Assembly (NCBI RefSeq): GCF_000143415.4
Contig: NW_003314418.1
Span: 180,271 to 244,270, forward strand
Reading direction: 5' to 3'
DNA from: Selaginella moellendorffii
Taxonomy: Eukaryota > Plantae > Lycopodiophyta
DNA: 64,000 nucleotides
Both the position numbers and the translations under genes were made by a program. The notes below the pieces were generated by a model. The model saw nothing but the letters and a program-made list of their open reading frames with translations, made no database searches and was not told the origin of the DNA. This document shows positions 51,127 through 64,000 of the stretch, one piece after another; positions within the stretch are counted from its first letter, which is position 1, and the number at the start of each line of letters is the position of its first letter.

Positions 51127-53155
51127 TCAAAAGTAGTTGTCACAGGAACATCTGCCATCCTGGAACACATGAACCCAATTGGCATCTTTGCAGATGATTA
51201 GCCTTTTCTCCAGCTTAGAGATGAGAGCAGTGGCCGCATGGCAATTGTCACAAACTCGGAGATTTTTCACAATTCTGATGGTCTCCTTCTGGTGCGAGTT
51301 CACCAGAGCACACCCCAGCGCAAGCTTCTCACTGTGGCCGCACAGGTGATCCTCTTTCTCTTCCTCGGGTATGTTTTTTAGAACATTGATCACATCACTC
51401 ACGTACCCCTCCTCTTTCATTCTCAGCAACAATTGCTTGAGCTTGGCCGCAATCTCGTCGCTCTGTGAGTGACTCCTATCCCCGACAGAAAAAGAATGCA
51501 CTTTTCCTGAGCTAACATCCGTCCACCAGCTTCTCCCGGGCTCCCTGAAGCTGCCTTCACCTCTCATTCTCTCCACAACAGCGGCCCTTTCACTGAGCAT
51601 CCCCAGGTTTCCAAATATATTGGCCATCAATGCATAGGGCGTGCCGCTCTTGGGATCCATCTCCACAAGACGCTCAAATGCGAGTTTGCCGATCGTGTAA
51701 TTCTTCCACTTCCGGCAGGCTCCGAGCAGGGACGTCCAAACCACTGCATCCGGTTCAAAAGACATGGCTCTGAGAACTCTCACAGCTTCGTCGAGGAGGT
51801 TAGCTCGCCCGAGCATATCGATCACGCACACATAATGCTCCAGACGTGGCTTGACTCCATACTGCTTGGTCATTTCATCCAGAAGCTGCCTTCCTTTCCC
51901 GACCAGACCACCATGGCTGCAAGCGTTCAACACCGAGACAAAACTCACATCGTCAGCTTTACAGCCCTCCTCCCGAGTCATGGAATAGAAACGCTCCAAG
52001 GCCTCGATCGATCGGCCCTGGAGAGTGTAAGCCTGTAGTTCCAGAGACCCGTGTTGTCCCGTGCTCGGCACTCGTCAAACGCTTCCTGAGCAGAATCCAC
52101 ATCGCCGCATTTGCCGTAGAAGCTCACCAGGCTGGAGCCCAGAACTGGATTGTTTTTCAGCAGCCCTTTATGCTTCGCCAGCTGGTGAATCTCCCTCCCG
52201 AGCTTGATCACCATCACACTCCCGCAAGCAACAAGGACGCAGGTGTAGGTGCAAGCATTAGCTTGAATGGTGTTATCAGCTCTCAGGGCAGAGTAGTACT
52301 CCAGAGCAAGTTCAGCTCCCCCGTTGGTGTTGCACCCCTGGATGATCGCGGTGTAGGACACAACACTCCGAGTTCCCATGGAGTGGAAAATCTTGCGAGC
52401 CTCCTCAAGCTCGCCACACTTGCAGTACATGTCTACCAGGCAAGTCGCTACGAACAGATCTAGCTGTTTCTTCTCCTTGCTCAGCATTGAATGGATCTCC
52501 ATCCCGATACGTAGAGCTCTCTCCCTCTTCTCGCTGGATTCGGTAGCAAGTCTGGAGCAGGCGCTGATCACCGCGACATGTGTCCGATCGTTGGGTTGAA
52601 TGGTGGTACAAGCTCTCAGGGCAGAGTAGTACTCCAGAGCAAGTTCAGCTTGCCCGTTCGAGCCGCAGCCGTGGATGATCGCGTTGTAGGACACAACACT
52701 CCGAGTTCCCATGGAGTCGAAAATCTTGCGAGCCTCCTCAAGCTCGCCACACTTGCAGTACATATCGATCAATCCCGTCAACAAGTAGATGTTGCTTTTG
52801 TGCTCATCACTCTTGAGCACAGCGTCATGGGCTTGTTTTCACAAAGAAAGGGATTTGCTCTCAGCTGAGTCTGTCACGCGGTGTATCAGCCTCCCTAAAC
52901 TCACCGGTTCATCACCAGCTACAGGTGGGGTATGTGGAGATTTGTAGCGGGCCGTGGTGGCCTTACCTACAGCTGGGTCAGCGAGCGACTCGAGTTTTGC
53001 AGAGACCCAGGTTGGTGTTTTCCTGTTGGCGATCCCTCTCTCCGGTAGAAACATGTTTGAAATCCGGGTAGGACTCTAAGAAGAACTTGTTTTTCTTCTT
53101 GAACCTGTTGTCCCACCAGAAAGTGGGATCCCTGAAAAACGTTTTCCACAGCATG
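51127..53155 (-). pseudogene. Frameshifted inverted paralogue of the PDF-PPR-DYW gene
   Basis: Highly similar to 45624-48653. It has a 5-bp deletion in the PDF motif (~53036), a 7-bp deletion (~52038) and three fewer 333-bp units, and is split over ORFs 52978, 52839, 51978 and 51127. Confidence 0.9.
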
Positions 53156-56049
53156 AGATTGTTGAAAAATGACACACACACCACCCTAGGGCCGCACGCA
53201 TACCCTAGAAATCCAGATTTGTTATTCTCTGCTCTTGCATGCACTTAACTGTAGTAGTAAAAAGCTCGTGTTTTCTGTTTTATCTTTTTCTAATTCTTTT
53301 CCTTTTTAAACTTTACAATGTCACAGCTTAGCAGCTTAGATGTTTATTGTTAAAAAAAAATCTCTTTGATATATATAGAAAGTGAGCCAGCAGCAATCAG
53401 TTGCTCAAGAGCTGAAGAATCAGTACATGCATAATTTTCAGACAATTTTCTAACTGGCTGAACATCTGATTATTATTATTATTACTAACAACACGCATGA
53501 ACTTCCTAGAAATCCCAATTTGTTATTCTCTGCATTCATTTTTTATATGATCTGTTGCTGCATGCACTTAACTGTACAGTTCTTCAATATAATCTGCTAA
53601 CTAAAAGATATCGATACACTCAATATGCAAAAATAAACCACACTCTACACAAATTAAATAAAAAATGCTCTTCGGCCAGAAGCCTCAGGGCACTAGTTTC
53701 ATGCAGAACACTTTCGCAAATGACTCTCGCCCGGGGCCCATGCACAGGAGTCCTCGGGCGGTGGTAAAACCTCACAAGGCCTCACGTAATTATATTCACC
53801 CTGGGCTTCTGGCTGCTCTGCAACATACGTTACCACACCAAACTCTTCACACATGAAGCCACGCACGGAGGAAAAAACCGAGCAAGGCCTCACGTGCTTA
53901 CATTCAGTCCTTCTATGTGTTCTTGGCCTCACTCAGTTCATCTCCTTTGTTGTCCAGCTGCGCTTCTTTACTTCATGTTTTTGCTTGCATGCTTCGATTG
54001 ACATCTTCAGATTTTCAAGCGAACGATTGTGGCATACCGTGGCTACGTTTTTCGGCAGAGCTTGGAGGTGCTGAAAGCGGCATTAAGTTCGTGGAGGATT
54101 GATCTTGATTTGGATTGTATGGATCTCTATAAAGTTTGAAACTTGAGTTTATTTTTCTTCTTTGTCTTCTGTGTTGCCAAAATAACTGGTGTCAAACTTG
54201 CTTTTGCAGACTATCTCTAGTACTTCTGGATGCGATCAAGGCCTATTGCTCATTGCTTCAAAGGAGGAGATGATAATTGATCCCCAAAGAGCAAGCAAAA
54301 TGGAATAATGCTTACACAATGGTTCAATTTAAACATGCAAAATACTAATGCATTTGATGGTTTTGTTGCTTTCATCAAGTTATCATTCCGCTGCGATCTG
54401 AAACACCACATCGTCCACTGTACTTTCACAGGTTTCGAGACAGGTACCTGGGAAAGGTGTATTCCATTGTTGTTCCTCAGGACCTGGACTTGTTTTGCCG
54501 CCTCAAGTGTGAGCTGATCAAGATGAGGGAGAAGCTTGCAATGGCGGAGGCTTGGACTCGAGCAAGGTTGCAGATGCAGTATGAGGATGATTTCTTCTAC
54601 AACTATGATGAGTGGGACAGCTTTGTGGATCTTTCCACATTGAGATCGTCGAGCGGAGAGTGTTGTAGCATAAGTTATCTCCTGGAGAAATGGTCCTGGC
54701 TCAATGATGGAAGCGGCCACTATGAAGAGGAAGCTCCAAGACATGTGTCATACCCATCTTCCCCAAGTTGCTCGAGTAGCTGATATTTCACATATATCTT
54801 AGTATTATATATAATAAACTCCACAGCTTGAGTCACATGTAAAGTCATTGGCACACATCCGCACGTCAAGATTGTTGGAGAGCTCAACTGGAAGATGGAA
54901 AAAGGCCAAGGTGACTCATTGGGTTTCTAAACCTGCACTCGGCTTGGTAAGGTTTGGTGAGTTAAATAAGTATGATGAGTTTGAAGAGACAATCGCAAAA
55001 AAAAAAGGGGACGTCTAGACGTGAAGCGTGCTAACTCTCCTGAATGGCTTCAAAGAGGTGAGGTGTCTTAAAGAGGAGATGATAGAGCTGAGCATGGAGC
55101 TGAACTTGGCTTGTGCTCCTTCTTGTAAGAGCTAACTAGCTAGCAAAAAGAGAGGAGACGGTGAAGAGGATGCCTCTTGAACTCCAAGAGAACAACGGAC
55201 CTTTTTTTTTAAGGAGGGGAGAAGCTGCTAGCAGCTCAGAAGTAGGAGCAGTGGAGCAAGAGGTTAGGGCTGATGTCATCCCTGTGCGCCAAGACTGCTG
55301 GGTGGTTCGGGGCTTGGTTAAAGTAGGCAACCGGGTGGAGGCAGGGGGTTGGGAGCAATCCGAGGCTTGAGGTATGACTTGTCCTTTCTACCTGGTGGAA
55401 CTCCATCTGAGCATTCCTACTTCCCTCTTTTAAGCTGCTACATCACGTTTTTACTCTTAGCTCGTGTTAACTCTTAACTCACATTTATACTCTAATTTCA
55501 CAATAACTCGCATTTTCACTCTAAGTAATCCTTTTTTTTTCCTTCCTCTAACTTACCTGGGCCATAAAACTTACTCCCTCATATCCCTAAACCTCAGGAT
55601 CATATGGAGCATATAAATAATGTGATTAACACCTCTCACTCTTGATCTTGTGGGATTCATAATATGATAACACCTCACTCCCACTCTTGTGGGCTCCATA
55701 AATACACATTAAAAATTGTTAATTTATTATTATTAAAAATTTAGTGTATTCAAATTTTGTTGAGTTTATCTATATCTACCATAGAATATATGGTAGAATC
55801 CTTAACATCAATCTGTTCCCACACAATATCGAGCTAACCGCTTCACATGTGACATTGTGCATTGAGTGTCACCACATAGATTTGTGGACCAACTTGTTGG
55901 ACGATGTGATAAGGACCTATGCAGCAAAAACCTTGGATCCGCAACACCTGATCACCAACACTTGATCACCAACAACTTATGTAGAAACTTTAGAAACTCC
56001 AGCAGGTGCAAAGTCCGGGCAAAAGTAGAGTGGAATTCAGTTATTCGGA

Positions 56050-57396
56050 ATGTGCCACACCCAGGAATTCAATCCAAAGCTCTTCTCTTCAAAGTGCTTG
56101 TGTCAGGTTTATATCCACGAAACCAGAGCTAGCACCTCCTCTTCAGAGCTCAGCTGTAGAAGATCTTGCCTAGACAGGGTGGTAACTAAAAACAAGGAAT
56201 CGATTGGCACTGCTCCTCTCAACATAAAGAAGGTCCAGGATGGAATAGCAAAAGAGATGTTGAAGATATTGAAGTCACTCCTACCCAGGTTAAGTCAGAA
56301 AGAACCAGACCATCTGACAGAGGCATTAGCTGATCGCTTGTTCTTCAACATAGTGCATAAGAACAGTAATCAACAGTATATAGGTGACTGTTCAGCTCCA
56401 GGATTGGGTAGAGGTCTTTGGCCTAGGTGGCATAGGAATGTGGGAGCTTCGATCAAAGACTTATTGGATCTACAAAGAGCTAGCAAGCCATCACGTACAG
56501 CAAAGTTCTTGTTGGGATCTTGTTTTTCTTCCTCAGCAGTGGACAAGGTATGATACAATGAAAAAGGTAAAGTCAGATATTTGTTTAACATCCGCTTGGA
56601 GCAAACCCTGCTCATCAGATGGCCTCATGACAACCCATTACAACCCAGGATGAAAACTCAAAGCTTAAGGCAGCATCGCTTGTGATCGCCTTCATCAAGT
56701 TATTGAGGTTCGTGATTGGATAATGCTTGATGGTGCTGAGACTCAAATCATCTTTGTTATGGAAACAACCCCATCACCTCAAGGTATTGTTTTTTATCCC
56801 CATAACAGTGGTGCACTGTTTCCATGTATAGTTCCCGAGGAGGTCCCAGTTCCCAGGATGGCCTTCGGTAAAAGGATCAGGACGATACATCAGAGAGGGA
56901 AATACACTGAACTGGATCCTAAGGTTCAACTGGGAGAATGCTCTGCAATACACTAGTTTGGGGAGTACCTATATCTGATCTTATATAGGATCCGGCTCAG
57001 TTATCCTGGGAAGGTAATGAGTTCAGTGTGTCTTTTTTTATGCACAGGTCTAAGCATGGCAGAGAGCTTTTGATGGATAAAATTGACACCAAGCTTATGT
57101 GGAAGTTGAAGAATCAGAAGTACATTGTGAACATGTGGAAGACACTGGTGGAAGCTAAGGTAAGCTGGCTTCTTGTGCAGGACAGCATCCCTGTTGGTGA
57201 TTGGCTCACAGTTCACAAAACTCTGTGTATTCTATGCAATGAAAACCCCGTGGAGATGCTTGAACACCTCTTCACATGCAAATTTGCAGTTGGTATTTGG
57301 CTCTTTGATCAGAGACCTAGGTCCAGAATCAGCTGGTTCATCACAAAATATGGTGACATTTTTCCCTCTGCGCCAACTATGATGAACAGTAGCTGA
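56050..57396 (+). mobile_element. LINE (L1-like) ORF2 C-terminal remnant with zf-RVT
   Basis: W...K...WLL..DSIPVG...CILC...E..EHLFTCKFA..IW is a zf-RVT-like zinc-binding motif. The 5' boundary is uncertain; partial copies at 5480-6471 and 43880-44036. Confidence 0.65.
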
Positions 57397-57420
57397 GGAG
57401 ATAGAAGCTGGATAATGGGA

Positions 57421-58790
57421 GTAATGACAACTTTGTTTTAACAAAGTTTATTGTGGAGCATGGCCTAATCACACGTAGAGTTCCTCCATACACAGTGGAA
57501 GGTGCAACTACCTCTATTCAGCATTTTGATGTTTGTGTAGAGGGGTTGGAAGTGTTGGTTGGCAAAACCACACTTTTGAAGACTTTTTATCTCGCAGATA
57601 TCTATCATGTGGATCTCATTTTTGGGATGTTATGGTTGTTGAAGGTGGATCCGGAGATAAAGTAGAGTATTAAGTGTGTCTCACTGGAGTATGATGATGT
57701 TAAATATGTATGGTTTAGAAAGGGAGTTCAACCTCCAGTTGTTATGCTCTCCGCTACATCTCTGAAGGGGGTTTGTCGTAATGGAAAAGCACTTTTGAGT
57801 TATTTGCTGTTTGTTCGTGACTTGGGGAACCAAGGCATGTGTGGGGGAGAAGTAACAGTATGGAATGTACTTGACAAGTTTGTTGATGTTTTTCCACCTG
57901 AACTACCTCATGGGTTGCCTCCATTACGAGGTGTGGAGCATGAGATTATGTTGGAGCTGGGGACACAGCTAATTTACTGGCATCCATTTCAGTTAAGTTA
58001 TGCAGAGGAGCAAGAAGTTCAATAACAAGTCAAGGAGTTACTTGAGTTTGGATTTATTCACCTAAGTAAGTCTCTGTTTGGTGCTCCAGTTTTGCTTGTG
58101 AAGAAGAAAGACGGTTCAATGTGGATGTGTATTGATTACCATGCCTTGAACAAGAAGACGATGAAGGATAAAATGCTGATGCCACATGTGGATGATATCC
58201 TGGACAAGCTTGGTGAAGCACGAGTGTTTACCAAGATTGATCTAAGGAGTGGATATCACCAGATTGCAATGGATGATGCATTTATCTCCAAGACGGCATT
58301 CAACACAAACTTCAGACATTTTGAGTTTATTGTTATGCCATTTGGTTTGACGAATGCACTAGCCACATTTACTTGGATGATGACAGGGTATTTGGGTGTT
58401 ATCTTCATGAGTTTGTGGAGATTTTCTTGGATGATATTCTTGTTTTCAGCAAGAATATGGAGGAGCATAAGGTGCATTTGCGTAAGGCTCTTTCGTTACT
58501 TCATGATAATAAACTTTATGTGAAGAAGAGCAAATGTGAGTTTGCAAAATTGGAGGTGGAATATCTAGGCTATATTGTGACATATAAGGGTGTCAAGATG
58601 AATCCAAGGAAGGTGGCTATGGTGGAAAATTGGCTTACACCAACTATAGTGGCCGTGTTATGCAATTTCCTTGGAATGGCTAGTTACTACTGACATTTCC
58701 AGCATACGTTTGCTAAGGTGGCTATTCCTTTGACACAGTTGTTACGCAAGAATATGCCATTCGAGTGGCATAAGAGGAGAGTTTTGTGGC
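57421..58790 (+). mobile_element. Ty3/gypsy protease-RT fragment, same family as 22890-25775
   Basis: [42 protein letters not shown]; nucleotide similarity to the reverse complement of 23940-24830. Confidence 0.9.
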
Positions 58791-58798
58791 GTGCATCT

Positions 58799-59394
58799 TA
58801 TAAGCAACTAAAGAGAACGACTTGAGAAACGATCCATAGGGGTTCAAATATAAAGAGAAAAGGCACATAAACAAGAGTGCACCCCCTTTTCCAATTGGTT
58901 AAGGGTCTTGGGATATTTGGGGTTAAGTGTTCTTGGGTTTGAATACTATTGGGCTATGTGACCTCTTGAGAAGTCCAAATTCAGGAGCTTACATTTGGTA
59001 TCAGAGGGGTCTTGGGTCCGACTCTGTTGGTTGGTTAAGGGAATCGCAGCAAAAGTTGATTGACATCTAGCAGGTCCAATTTGCTTCTGCTAGGCTCAAC
59101 CCAAGGGGTAGGGTGTCAAAAGAGAGAAGGGCTCTTAGAGAACTATAGCTCTCAGCTTATGTTTATGAGGGCGTGAACTTGTAGAGAAGCGTGATGGATT
59201 GTAAATAACCAAAAGGAACGATTTGAGAGATGATCTATAGAGGTTCAAATATAAAAGGAAAGAGCCTATGAACAAGAGTGCATCCCCTTTTTCAATTGGT
59301 TAAGGGTCTTGGGATATTTAGGGTTAAGCATCCTTGGGTTTGAATACTACTGGGTTTGGTGACTTCTCGGGAAGTCCAAATTCATAAGTTTACA
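58799..59394 (+). mobile_element. Cassandra-type TRIM, copy 2
   Basis: LTRs at 58799-58993 and 59200-59394 with a 5S-like segment; intact PBS TGGTATCAGAG at 58996-59006; near-TSD CATCT/CATTT. Confidence 0.88.
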
Positions 59395-59640
59395 CATTTT
59401 TAATTTTGTTACTAGTGAAAATTGGATACATAATCATGATGCCATAGGGTGTTGCTAGGTTGATGAGTGCCATCTTTCTACTGTTGGTGATGGTTCAGTT
59501 TCTGGAGAAGTTGGATAAGACTAAAAGTTGTCAGTGTTGTAATCTTCGTAATCGGGAGGTTCGACTGGTGGTAAATCTTGATCTAAGTCTAAATTTTGGT
59601 TGATTGTGTTTTCCTTGGCATTGGTTGTGTTGATGTTGCT
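59395..59640 (-). mobile_element. Fragment of family C gag-proximal region
   Basis: Reverse complement of ~36518-36765. Confidence 0.85.
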
Positions 59641-59848
59641 ATAGCATAGTCTATCTCTCTCCCTTTAAGCCAATTGGAAAGGGGCAATTGTTTGATGAGA
59701 GAGCCTTTAATGGCTATTTTATCCCCATTTATCCCTCAAGATATCTCCATTTCCGCATTGAATCTACCAATTCTTCCATTGTGTAGACTAGCTATTCCAT
59801 GTGAGGCAACTAATCATCCACCCATACCATAGTTCTACAGTAGATACC

Positions 59849-61297
59849 TGTGAGACACAAATCCCAAAGCCCCAAAGTGGAGCTGAAAGGGTGCCATGTG
59901 GTAGTGGCTGAAGCAAAAGCCAAATGAGCAGAACATGTTTAGACTAAAAGCTCTAACTTGAAAAGTTGAGAGTGGGAGTGGAACTCCTAACGAAGGACCC
60001 AAGAAGGACCCGAGATAGAGTTTGAGATGAAGTTTAAGATGGACCCGAGATGGAGTTTGAGATGGAGTTTGAGATGGACCTGAGATGGAGTCTGAGATGG
60101 ACCCCAGATGGAGTCTGAAATGGACCCGAGATGGACCCGAGATGGAGTCTGAGATGGAGTCCGAGATGGACCCGAGATGGACCCAAGATGGACCGAGATG
60201 GAGTTTGAGATGGAGTTTGAGATGGAGTTTGAGATGGACCCGAGATGGACCTAAGATGGAGTTTGAGATGGACTTGAGATGGAGTCTGAAATGGACCCGA
60301 GATGGACCCGAGATGGAGTCTGAGATGGAGTCCGAGATGGAGTCCAAGATGGAGTTTGAGATGGAGGTTGAGATGGAACCAAGACCAAGACCGAGTCCGA
60401 ATATTAATACAAGTTGTTGGGTGAAAGCCCAAAGTGATCATCCCCTAGGGGGTGGGGGGGGGGGGCTACAGGGGGTCCCAAAAGGATAGTAGGGAGAGTG
60501 TGGGGGTTGGACCTCAGTGGAGTCAGTTTGGCCAGAAAAGGCTAGTTTGGCTTAGGAAGGTTATACCCAACTGTTGGGTGATGAGATAACCACTAGAAAG
60601 TCCAAAGCTAGAGTGAATATGGACCAACAAGTGGGGTAGCTTGGTGAAATGTTCAAGAGCTGGCTCTAGTTCCCCCGGAAGATCGAATGGTCGATGCTCG
60701 CAGTCTAAGTGTGGGTGGCACTACCTACTTGGATACCTGGTGTGGCTCAACAAAACCTCGCTCTAAGCCCATGGCTAAAGCACCCAAAGGCAGAAGGTGG
60801 GGAGAGTACCCATGAGGCTCACGTAGGGCCATAATGTTTCGAAATGTTGTCCCAAAGTCCCGGACTGTGGAAAGGAAGAGGAGTAGTCCTTTGGTATAGC
60901 AACCAAAGATATGGTCACACGGTGAAGAAATCCCAGAGGACAATGGGACTTGGTGGTCAGGCCTGTGGGTTTTGATCTAGTGGCAGTGTTGGCGAACATG
61001 ACCATGGATAAAAAGAGACTTGGTGGGGACTGAAAAAGGGATATTGGGGAAGGCTGTTCCCCATATCTGCAGGCATCCTAGGGATGCTAAGGAGTGGATC
61101 TAGGATGATCACTCATGGACAGATGGCCCAGTCTTTGAGAGACAGGACTGTGATGTAAGTGGTGTTGGACCACCGGTGTGACCAAGGTGAATAGGCATGG
61201 CTTTAGCGTAATAGGCTGATATGTTAGTGGTACCTTGGGGTGTCAGTCATGGGATCGGACACATGGAGCACTTGGACCAAGTGCAAAGGTTAAGTGG
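59849..61297 (+). mobile_element. Older, truncated family D LTR
   Basis: Starts TGTGAGACAC; reverse-complement homology to 12810-14550; GATGGAGTCCGA units decayed by CpG transitions; lacks the GACTCG run. Confidence 0.88.
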
Positions 61298-64000
61298 TGG
61301 AGAAGGGAGAAAAAGACAAGCTCGAGGATTCAAGCTTAGGAAATTAAACTTGAGAGGTTCAAGGTTAGGACTGTATTCCTAACCTTGACGTGAGCAGAAG
61401 CGACTATAAAAGTAGGACTTAGAATGTTTTTAGACTTATCCCTAATACAAAATACATTGCATTACATCGTCTTTCTGCCTATCTCTTCGGCACTTCATAG
61501 CAATGTCTTACTTACCCACCGCCTTCAAGGGATCAAAGGCGTGGGACTAGCACCTTCAAGCACATGTTCACAGTCTCTACTTGGCTTGGCACAAGCAGGT
61601 AAGTGCACTCTTCTTGTAGTGTAGTTTTAGTTTTAGGGACTAGATTAGATTTGAAACTCCTAGGAAGATCTCGTGTGGACGTTTCCTCCTAGTTTAGAGA
61701 TTCCAGGAGTTTTCACTGGCGACCACGGTGGGATACGGTGACATGAAGAGCTCATGGAATAGAGCAGACAAAAACGCTCATTTTCCCCAAAACTTCAAGG
61801 AAAACGGACCAGAGATGCACAAGAAAATGGCATAGGAAGAAAAAGCCCCAAAAATCAAGAAAAACAAGACCGTAAAACAAAAACGGTGGAAGAGCATGAA
61901 GGCATGAAGAAAAAAAATGGAGCGTAAGACCAAAAGATGAAGAACACTTGAAGATTGAAGCCACCCAAGTCGTGGAAAACTTGGAGCGTACGCGTAACTG
62001 TTTTTGGCGAGAGGTTGAAGAAAGCGAATATTCCAAGGATCTGCGATAAGGAAACGACCAAGGGAAAATTCTAGCGGCTGGAGATGGAGGAAGAATGAAA
62101 AAGCACGACTGCCCATTTGGAGACACAAGCTGTACAAGATACGAAGACTGTCTTTTGTGTGGTTTCAGAAATTGTGCAAAACCGTACAAGCAATGCTATC
62201 CAAAATGGCGATGCGACACTTGCAAACAAGCAAAAGCAAGACTGCGAATCAGGGATGACATTGCCGCAGCGGAGGAGAGTAGGAAACGAGAAGAAATAGC
62301 CCAAGAAAATGACACCAAAAAGAGAGACGATAGTTTAGAACAAGCTGCGAAACAAAGCTTTAGTTGTTTACAAAAACTTCAAGAAACGATTCTACGACTC
62401 TTCTACAAATTGTCTAGCAAATAGGAGGGATGCAAAAATGAGGAAATGTTGAAAGAAAAATATGTTTACTTCGATTTCTTTGCAACTCGAAGAACCCTGA
62501 CTTGGGTGTATCGCGGACACCTCTTTCAACAAACGATTGTTGAATTCCTAGGCATACACAAACATGAAACTTTTCAACCATTAACGCTTGCTTTCAACAC
62601 TGATTTGACGAGAGTCATAGCAGCAACAGAGTGTGGAATTTTTGAACCACAAGTTCGTTGGTTTGTGGACACTCTTAGATTTAGAGATTTCGAAGAGAAC
62701 GCGGAATTACTTTACCGACTTCTTCAAAGTCCTCTCCGTGTAACGCTACCAACAAGCACTCTTCTCGAATTATATGCTATAGCATATTGGCACCGTTTAG
62801 GACGGACGAGAATAGCTGGAGAATTGAGAAATCAAGGACAAGGCCATCAACAAATTCCAATTCGGAATTCGAGTTTAAGAAACTGACGGGAACCTGAACT
62901 TGCATCAAGTTCAAGGGAACGACTTGTAAACTCAAGGATAACAAGTCGAAGGAGGAGAAATTTAAGACAGAATCACAATAGGCCAAGATTAAATACAGTA
63001 ACAAACTTCAACTTTGACACTGAGGTCCAACATCGAAACCCCAGCCTAGAGCTACATATCACTCGCAACCAACAAGGAAGAGTGCGTCCAAGCAGTCTCA
63101 ACATTTTAAGGAGTATTTTAGGAGATCCTGCGTCAAGGATTCAAACTTATAATGCAAGGGTATTAATTGAGACTATCCCTTGGGAAGTTCGTGAAGCGAT
63201 CGACTCTGATCGTGAAAGAGAACGTGCTATACGACAGAGGGAAGTAGAACACCACCGGCAAGAACAGCATCGGGGAAATGCACCATCACGCAATCGACCA
63301 TAGAGAAAATTGCGCTGGATAAACCCGCGCACACATAGGCTTAAAGCAACAAGAATCTGTTGGAAACTATACTGTGACGTGTGGACGTCATTAGAGACTA
63401 GAAACATACAAGAATTAGGACATTAAAATACAACCACTGCTGTATTCAGCATTTTCAAATACTACCAACGACTGGGAAACACAAACGTTCATAGTGAGAG
63501 CTCGCATTCCAGTATGACCAACATATTGTAAGAGACCAAAACAATTGTTCAAGAATTTAGATAAGATTGGACTCCTAAAGAGAGTTGCAATCGTTTGCAT
63601 ACCTGCTCGATCCCAAACTTGGAGAGCAGCACCAAATATCACTAGCGAACAGCTACATCGATCAATATATGACACAACCAACCTCCTTCCACAAACAAAA
63701 TCGTACTTACTTACACCACCAGATTTTTCAAATACAAGACCTTTCCTAAGCTAGACTCAGGAAAGTGACCTCGAGAAGAAACTCGGGAAGAATCGAGAAA
63801 GAAAAACTCGATTGAAGACTCAAGACACAAGAGCTTGACTTCGCATTTCTACTACAAAACCAAACTTGCAGAAGACTCAAGACACAAGAGCTTGACTTCG
63901 CATTTATACACCAAAAACAAACTTGCTGAAGACTCAAGACATAAGAGCTTGACTTTGCAATCTATGAAGACAACATCTGACTCTCAAAGCAAGCCTTGAA
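61298..64000 (+). mobile_element. 5' end of a non-chromoviral LTR retrotransposon (family F): LTR ~61298-61715, tRNA-Arg PBS, extra upstream ORF(s)
   Basis: TG...CA segment with TATAAAAG at ~61404; PBS-like TGGCGACCACGGTGGGA at 61717-61733; 63400-63650 is homologous to the pre-gag region of element C; runs off the window end. Confidence 0.65.
63814..63960 (+). repeat. 57-bp tandem repeat (~2.6 units)
   Basis: gaagactcaagacacaagagcttgact recurs at 63814, 63871 and 63928. Confidence 0.9.

Larger units (their letters stand above)
50005..57409. repeat. Right arm of giant inverted repeat (includes copy of segment X)
   Basis: Reverse complement of 43880-49850; 53550-57023 also matches 3164-6471. 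Confidence 0.92.

Noticed and set aside
52038-53036. Compensating frameshifts (-5 and -7) restoring the second PPR gene
   Set aside because: The shifted frame reaches a stop at ~52978, so no full-length product is possible.
61717-61733. tRNA gene
   Set aside because: Only a 17-nt complement to a tRNA 3' end next to an LTR, so a primer binding site.

Overview
Repeat-rich plant nuclear DNA. It is most likely a lycophyte such as Selaginella, inferred from ~50-bp introns, the PLS-PPR style and a WW-type DYW domain. Most of the window is a nest of degenerate Ty3/gypsy retrotransposons: chromoviruses, non-chromoviral elements with an extra 5' ORF, two large non-autonomous LTR elements with TSDs, and two Cassandra-type TRIMs whose LTRs carry the 5S rRNA internal promoter. 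There are also LINE and CACTA-like remnants, a truncated Sec16 pseudogene and a PPR fragment. The only intact long gene is a PLS-class PPR-DYW gene (45582/45624-48653). It begins with an OSB-type 'PDF' ssDNA-binding motif. It carries a near-identical 333-bp repeat array whose four P motifs spell all four canonical PPR base codes. It sits in one arm of a ~13.5-kb fold-back palindrome (43880-57409), facing a frameshifted copy with fewer repeats. All calls were made by eye from the sequence and ORF track; no searches were run.
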